Below, one piece after another: positions 57,867 to 64,000 of a DNA stretch of 64,000 bases. Positions within the stretch are counted from its first letter, which is position 1, and every line of letters starts with the position of its first letter. This DNA is from Balanoglossus misakiensis (lineage: Eukaryota; Animalia; Hemichordata): contig CM082586.2 in assembly GCA_040954595.2 (NCBI GenBank), forward strand, positions 3,888,349 through 3,952,348, written 5' to 3'. Position numbers and translations under genes: made by a program. The notes beneath the pieces were generated by a model. That model searched no databases. It saw nothing but the letters and a program-made list of their open reading frames with translations, and was not told where the DNA came from.

Positions 57867-60580
57867 GGTGAACGCGTCATGAACAATTCATTGTCTCGCA
57901 CAGTTGGTTTTTTTTGTATGTACCCTGCGAAATAAATGGATCTGTCATTGTAGTACATGTAATTTTAGCACAACAATACGGTATTTTATTAGCTCACAGC
58001 ACACAATGCAGTCGTTCAAGCATGATTGAGGACCGTTTATGTACTGGGAGTGAACGCGGCATTTGACTTTGCTGCGAAATGGGCGTGTGCGTGTCGCCTG
58101 TTTTGGAACCAGTTTGATGAAGAGATACATGTACACCGTTAAGTGTAATTCCGGTGTTAGAAGCCGCATCATCTAAACTATACGCCTCTTCGTAAATGCA
58201 TCAATGGTTTCCTGTAATAGAAATTGTAATCACCTGTTTGCCGCGAACATATGGGGCATCGTGAAGTGAATCATAGGAGGTACGGAGGTACAGGCTTGTA
58301 TGTATGAACAAATAGAGGAAAGAACCGCAAACGGTCGTGTTGAAATGCAATGAGAAGACTCACTATTGACTTTGGTGGTCCATACTGTACTGTTGGCCGG
58401 ACCGTTTTTTCGAAACTTAGAGACGATTCTGAAAAAAAGATGCGAATTGAAATGATACTCACGGTCATGCAGATATGACTGCCACTCGTCCGGGTCTAGT
58501 TTTTCGAATAAAACAAGTTCATCATATGAGGCTTCGCAGGTTAGTTATAATTAGCACGGCCGAGCCACCTGTGATAGTTGGACCCCCTAAGTTTAGACGC
58601 AAACTGTAGCCTCGATTCTGATCATCATTGCATAGCGTGGCGCCGTGTAAGTTTATATCAGATGGGGTGAGGGTATTCCTCTCGGCGAATTCCGAACAAG
58701 ATCCGAATACCTTCAACAAGTCCTTCACCCCTGAATCAATAATTCATTGCGCACGCAATGTGGTGCAATTAATGAGTGGGTCTGGTCGTTCCACGCAGCG
58801 AACATTCCACAGGATGACACTGACAGCCAATATAATTAGAATTGTCTAAGGGCATAACGGCAACGGGGTCTTGTAAACAGTAATTGTATTTTAATATGCT
58901 TTCGTATTATGTTAGCCCAGACACACATGCGGTGAGACAATAAAATGTCCAATTTGTAAAGAATATTTATACTGGAATTAAACTAGAAAGTACTCGGCGA
59001 CCAAGTAATTATTCATTGTATTCTTCTTACACGGTCTGCTACGCAGTGAAAAGTCAGACTACACTCAGATTAGACAGCAGGTATTATGTCGACCGCTGGA
59101 CAATAAACAAAAACATTACCAGCAATTTTAAGTAATTTTTGTATGCGTTGAAGCGATAAAGGGGTCGATAAATGAACATAAAGTAAAGATTATCTTTATT
59201 GGCTTGTAAAATATTATTGAAAATGGACATGAGTTAATATCCTAGTGGCGAAAAAAAAATATTATTCTAAAATGATTATTCTAAAATTGCAGCAATGTGG
59301 GTTGCGTAATCTTCTGATGTTAATTTCAGTAAAATATATCAATCGAAATTGATTAGCCTGTAAATAATTGCTATAAATAATCCGTCGGAATCACACTGTG
59401 GTGCTGGTTGCTTCAGTCGCGAAGTGTTGATTGAGTGCGATCAGACAAAATCCGTCTTAGGCAGGATAGAAATTGAAGACTGTTAGAAAAAACAGTTTTT
59501 CCTCCTCAGATGTCTTCACAGCAGAAACGAATTTTTTATTTTGCCTTGTAAAGAGCGTTTTATGATTTGAATATACTTATATGACCTAAGCTTTTGTATC
59601 GACGTCCTTATTGCTACCCTCGTCACGCAGCCAATGTAATTACATCGTGATGAATAATCGATAAAAAATTAATTAATAATGGAGAGCTTATTGCCGTTTA
59701 AGAGTAGTGAGCCAATGGGCGATGACGAACAACTGTTGTATTTCTCGCCTTCTTATAACAGTTCATGTATTCACGATTACCGTGTCACGCATACACACTC
59801 CCATGCCGCCAGCAAAAGATACGTTTGCATTACCACATGACTTTCCGAAGTTTGGACAAAGCCTCTAATGTCGGTGTAATCGTAAGGTCTACTGGTAATT
59901 ACATATGCCTTGTTAAATAAGCAAATTCAGCTTGATCGAAATGCCTGCTAAGCCCAGTCCCATGGAATTTAATTAACCTTAATTGGACAAATTGGGGTTA
60001 TTATATGTTTGCCCAACACATTAATTATGCAAATACTGTTAATTCCCAATAGTGTGGGCTTCAACGAACTATATGTGGCTTCTTCAAGATGTGTACTCGC
60101 TTTTCAGCTTAAATTCGTTCCATAACATTGGATCCGTCTGAGCGACACAATTTCTACATCTTATTTTAATCAGATTTTCGATAACACAACATCATTTCAT
60201 AAGCGTATGAAATATTTGATATGTATAACCCATTAACAGAAGTCCTCATTGCTAACCTCGTCACGTAGCCACTATCATTACATCGCAATTAATAATTCAT
60301 AAAAAGTAATAATTCTGTCCTTTTCTGAGCTGATATTCAGGTGTAGTGAGCGAATGAGCGTGAACAAAGATGCCGTCGCATCTTTCAAATATTACCATGG
60401 GAGCGAGCGATCACCATTGAAAATTATGTTTTACAAAGGGGACGTGTACTACTTAGCTTTACTGACCTTTTGTATTACAATTAGGTCAACGTAACAGACA
60501 GATGCCACTAGCAAAGTCGTAAAATGTCTAGATCTCTTTATATAAGCAGGTAATGGCAATCACGTGACCTTTATTGGCTT

Positions 60581-61028
60581 GTATGTATGTATGTATGTAT
60601 GTATGTATGTATGTATGTATGTATGTATGTATGTATGTATGTATGTATGTATGTATGTATGTATGTATGTATGTATGTATGTATGTATGTATGTATGTAT
60701 GTATGTATGTATGTATGTATGTATGTATGTATGTATGTATGTATGTATGTATGTATGTATGTATGTATGTATGTATGTATGTATGTATGTATGTATGTAT
60801 GTATGTATGTATGTATGTATGTATGTATGTATGTATGTATGTATGTATGTATGTATGTATGTATGTATGTATGTATGTATGTATGTATGTATGTATGTAT
60901 GTATGTATGTATGTATGTATGTATGTATGTATGTATGTATGTATGTATGTATGTATGTATGTATGTATGTATGTATGTATGTATGTATGTATGTATGTAT
61001 GTATGTATGTATGTATGTATGTATGTAT
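60581..61028. repeat. Perfect (GTAT)n microsatellite, ~112 units
   Basis: Read directly; source of the spurious MYVC/HTYI ORFs. Confidence 0.98.
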
Positions 61029-61186
61029 TTTTCGAATAATTTAGTAAGATTGGAATTTCAAAGTTCCCGCTTTGACAATTGTTAGGCAATATTACGACCG
61101 GGACTATACTCTAAAGTGGTGTGAATTATTAACTAATTTAATCTTGTCTCAGATTTGATTGACCTTTCGTTTGTCCAAAAGACAAA

Positions 61187-62935
61187 ATGGCCTCTACCTA
61201 CATCTGTACCCTCAGCAGCGAGTTGCAAAAGAAGGCCGAGGAGGAACTGAACGAGAGATCAGACACTCGTCAACAACACATCCAAGCCCTGCGCGAAAAG
61301 ACCAAGACGCGTCCAGACATCAAGTTCCGAACGGACGACGCCTTTCTGTTGCGGTTTCTGCGAGCGCGCAAGTTCGACGTCGACCGGGCGTTCAAGAACC
61401 TCATCTGCTACTACGAGATCCGCCAGGAATACCCGGACATATTTGACGACATACGAGTTGAAAACTTGCAGCATGTCTGGAAGGCGGGACTGGAAGGGAT
61501 TTTCCCCGGGAAAGACAAACTGGGAAGGCGTATCGGAGTGTTCCGACCAGGTGAGGAGACACGGGTGAACAAAAGGCAGTGGTTGCGTAATTCTCAAAGT
61601 TTGATAGTGTCATTGTGTTTGCATATTAATTTGCACAGGTGTATGATTTGAAATGCAGCGTGACGCACGTATACTGTGAAAAGCCACGTTTACCACAAAC
61701 ACTCAACCGGGGAAGCAGACATGTCAGAATACCGGCGGGGCTCGCACTTTTTGGTATTTGCAGTTAACCCTTCCACTCCAACCATCGCTCTGTACCACAG
61801 GCAAGTGGAACCCGGACGTGTGTGGCTCAAAAGACATGTTCAAGGCCAGCATATTGACCCTTGAGAAGATTCTGGAAGACGAAGAAACTCAGATTAATGG
61901 CATAGTATACATTGGTGACTTTGCTGACTACAGCATGAAGCAAGCCGTCCACGCTGGACCATCCATGGCTAAGTTGAACATGTCGCTTCTTCAGGTATGC
62001 CAAAGTAACCAACAAGCAAAATATCAACACGTAATATCAACGATACAAATCACGGTGGCGCTCATGTTAAACCGTTGACTTGTGTCAGTAGACACATTTT
62101 TCTGATACGGTCAAACTTGGTCAATATCATAGTGCATGTTTAATCTAAACCTAATCTCAACAGCATGGCAAACGTGTGTCATTATTGCAGATTTATCGTA
62201 GCAACTGTAATGGCAGGAGAATTTCTTCCATTTTGTTGACAGAATGCAATGCCAATGAGGAGTAAGGGAGTGCATTTCATAAACACGCCTTCGGTTTTCA
62301 ACGCTGCAATGGCGGTGTGGCGTCCATTTATGACCGAGAAGATGAAAAGCAGGGTAAGTTGATGATATTAATGAAGATTTGTCTGACAAAGCGCCCTCAG
62401 TGATTCAAATAGATTTCCTTGATTGCTGCTCTGGTCCCGCCAGAATTAATGGAGTTGAAATTAAAGTAATGTCGTGTTTTGATGGGAAAGTCGATATTAG
62501 TTTTATGTAAAGAGACATACCTAGACAAATCAAGTTGCAGTGAGAGAAAATAGAACGATTAATCATCGGTGTCGAGAAGGTGATCATGAGAAGGCCCTAG
62601 GCTGTAAGCGTAGCATTTTTTCCAAACATAAACGGGTCGTTGGATACAAGAATTATCCATGCATATTTCAGATGACCATCCATGGCGACGACTACACGAC
62701 CTTGCACAATCACATTTCGTCGTCAAACCTACCATGTGACTACGGCGGCACTCAGCCGGAAGTTACCAAGTGCACAAGAGAGTGGATGGAGGAACTGCTT
62801 GCCTGGCAAGATGGTTTCCTCGCAGAGAACAGCAAATACGGAATCCCCAAAAAGAGGGACACACTTGGCGGCAGCAAGACAACTGCTGATCCCGGCCAAG
62901 GTCTTGTTGGAAGTTTTAAAAAACTGGACGTGTGA
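61187..62935 (+). CDS. CRAL-TRIO/Sec14 lipid-binding protein (alpha-tocopherol transfer protein-like / clavesin-like)
   Basis: Exons 61187-61550, 61801-61994, 62243-62353, 62672-62935. Motifs: DDAFLLRFLRARKFD, EETQINGIV, PMRSKGVHFINTP, LPCDYGG. Confidence 0.93.
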
Positions 62936-63325
62936 GCGACTGCGAAAACCTTGGAAGTTGCCTGAATTAACTGATTACATTTTGATGTATTTTTTTTCGA
63001 TCCGTGCGAATAATTTTGAATTTCATCATAAATCGATGAGAACCCCTAGATTTACGTTGATTGAAAAACGCGAAGATAATTATCAAATTTCGACACGTCA
63101 GGTAATCGCGATCAAGTGATATATTTTCAGAATGTACACTATTCGGACATTAATTGTATCGGGCAGATTATTGCACAGTCGTGAAAAGTAATTTGTCGCC
63201 GGGAACGCCTAAAGCAAAGATGTCCGACGCGCATGTTCAAACTTCTCCATAGAAACACTGTTCCACATGTTTTCGCAACTATTCATTGATACTTTAATCT
63301 TTGCCAAAAACAATTCGTGTTGAGT

Positions 63326-63360
63326 AAACAAACAAACAAACAAACAAACAAACAAACAAA
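63326..63360. repeat. (AAAC)n microsatellite
   Basis: Read directly. Confidence 0.85.
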
Positions 63361-64000
63361 AAAGACACGTGTAATACTTTTAAAAAATATATACAAAAAA
63401 TGTAACACTGCGGATCGTATTGATCACCAACTTGAATGTCATGAAATGAAATGTGCTTTTCATCGCTGATAGTAACTATAGTAACTAACAAACCGGTGAT
63501 GAAAGTCTCTCCAAGGCAGACGTGCGCGGCGTGGTCACTGGCGTTGAGCTCAGTAGACGTTGTCAGGGATATGAACGAAAACCAGACGTGCATGGTGCGC
63601 GAAAACGTAACAGTCCTGTTGGTAGACTGTCTAAAAGTCAGCGTTTAAGGCTGACATTGGACAGAGCTGTTACTACAAAGAACATACAACACTCTGTCAG
63701 GGTGTCAATTGGTTTGACAAACACTGTGAGCTACTCATCAAAATTACATATAAAACAGAAATTACTGAGGAAATTACTTATAAACATAATCATTGCGTGT
63801 ACAGACGTATAATACACAATTGTTAACTTTCATGTCGTTTAATAATATCTGATTACTTTGACTTTAATAGTTTTTCTTGATATGTTTGCGAACATGCATT
63901 TTCGTTCGCTGACACTTTCTGTTTTGGAGATGGATTATAGAAACTCTTTAAGTGCCCTTACAGCCTCGTCCTCTCCTGTTTTGCTGACGGCTGAAAGTAG

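Noticed and set aside
58050-58850. GC-richer stretch with short ORFs, possible transposon coding remnant
   Set aside because: No recognisable transposase or RT motif; more likely the upstream region of channel B
60564-61089. 150-173 aa ORFs of MYVC/HTYI repeats
   Set aside because: Translation artefacts of the (GTAT)n microsatellite

Overview
AT-rich, intron-rich invertebrate animal genomic DNA; the species cannot be fixed from sequence alone, although gene content and repeats look like a marine deuterostome. Most ORFs in the supplied track are spurious or single exons, so I rebuilt spliced gene models by hand from splice signals and reading-frame continuity. In order: (1) 5'-partial miRNA-class Argonaute (+, 253-14333; DEDH slicer tetrad intact; probable ~5.8 kb 3'UTR); (2) NDUFV1 (+); (3,4) a head-to-head inverted-duplicate pair of tiny secreted Gly/Asn-rich peptide genes; (5) HACD (-), divergent from (6) Rab32/38 (+, with a U12-type intron); (7) SMNDC1/SPF30 (-), only 93 bp from (8) APOOL/MIC27 (+); (9,10) two tandem divergent glycine-receptor-like Cys-loop anion channel subunits (-); (11) a CRAL-TRIO lipid-transfer gene (+). 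There are also MITEs, minisatellites and microsatellites. The most notable observations are: tandem, mutually similar 27-30 nt in-frame microexons in the last Argonaute intron that would lengthen the PIWI phospho-regulatory Ser loop; the orphan secreted peptide pair with conserved promoter and signal peptide but a diverged single-Cys mature region; a 44-nt poison exon in SMNDC1; and channel subunits lacking canonical glycine/GABA-binding residues. All isoform and function claims are predictions that need RNA-seq or database confirmation.
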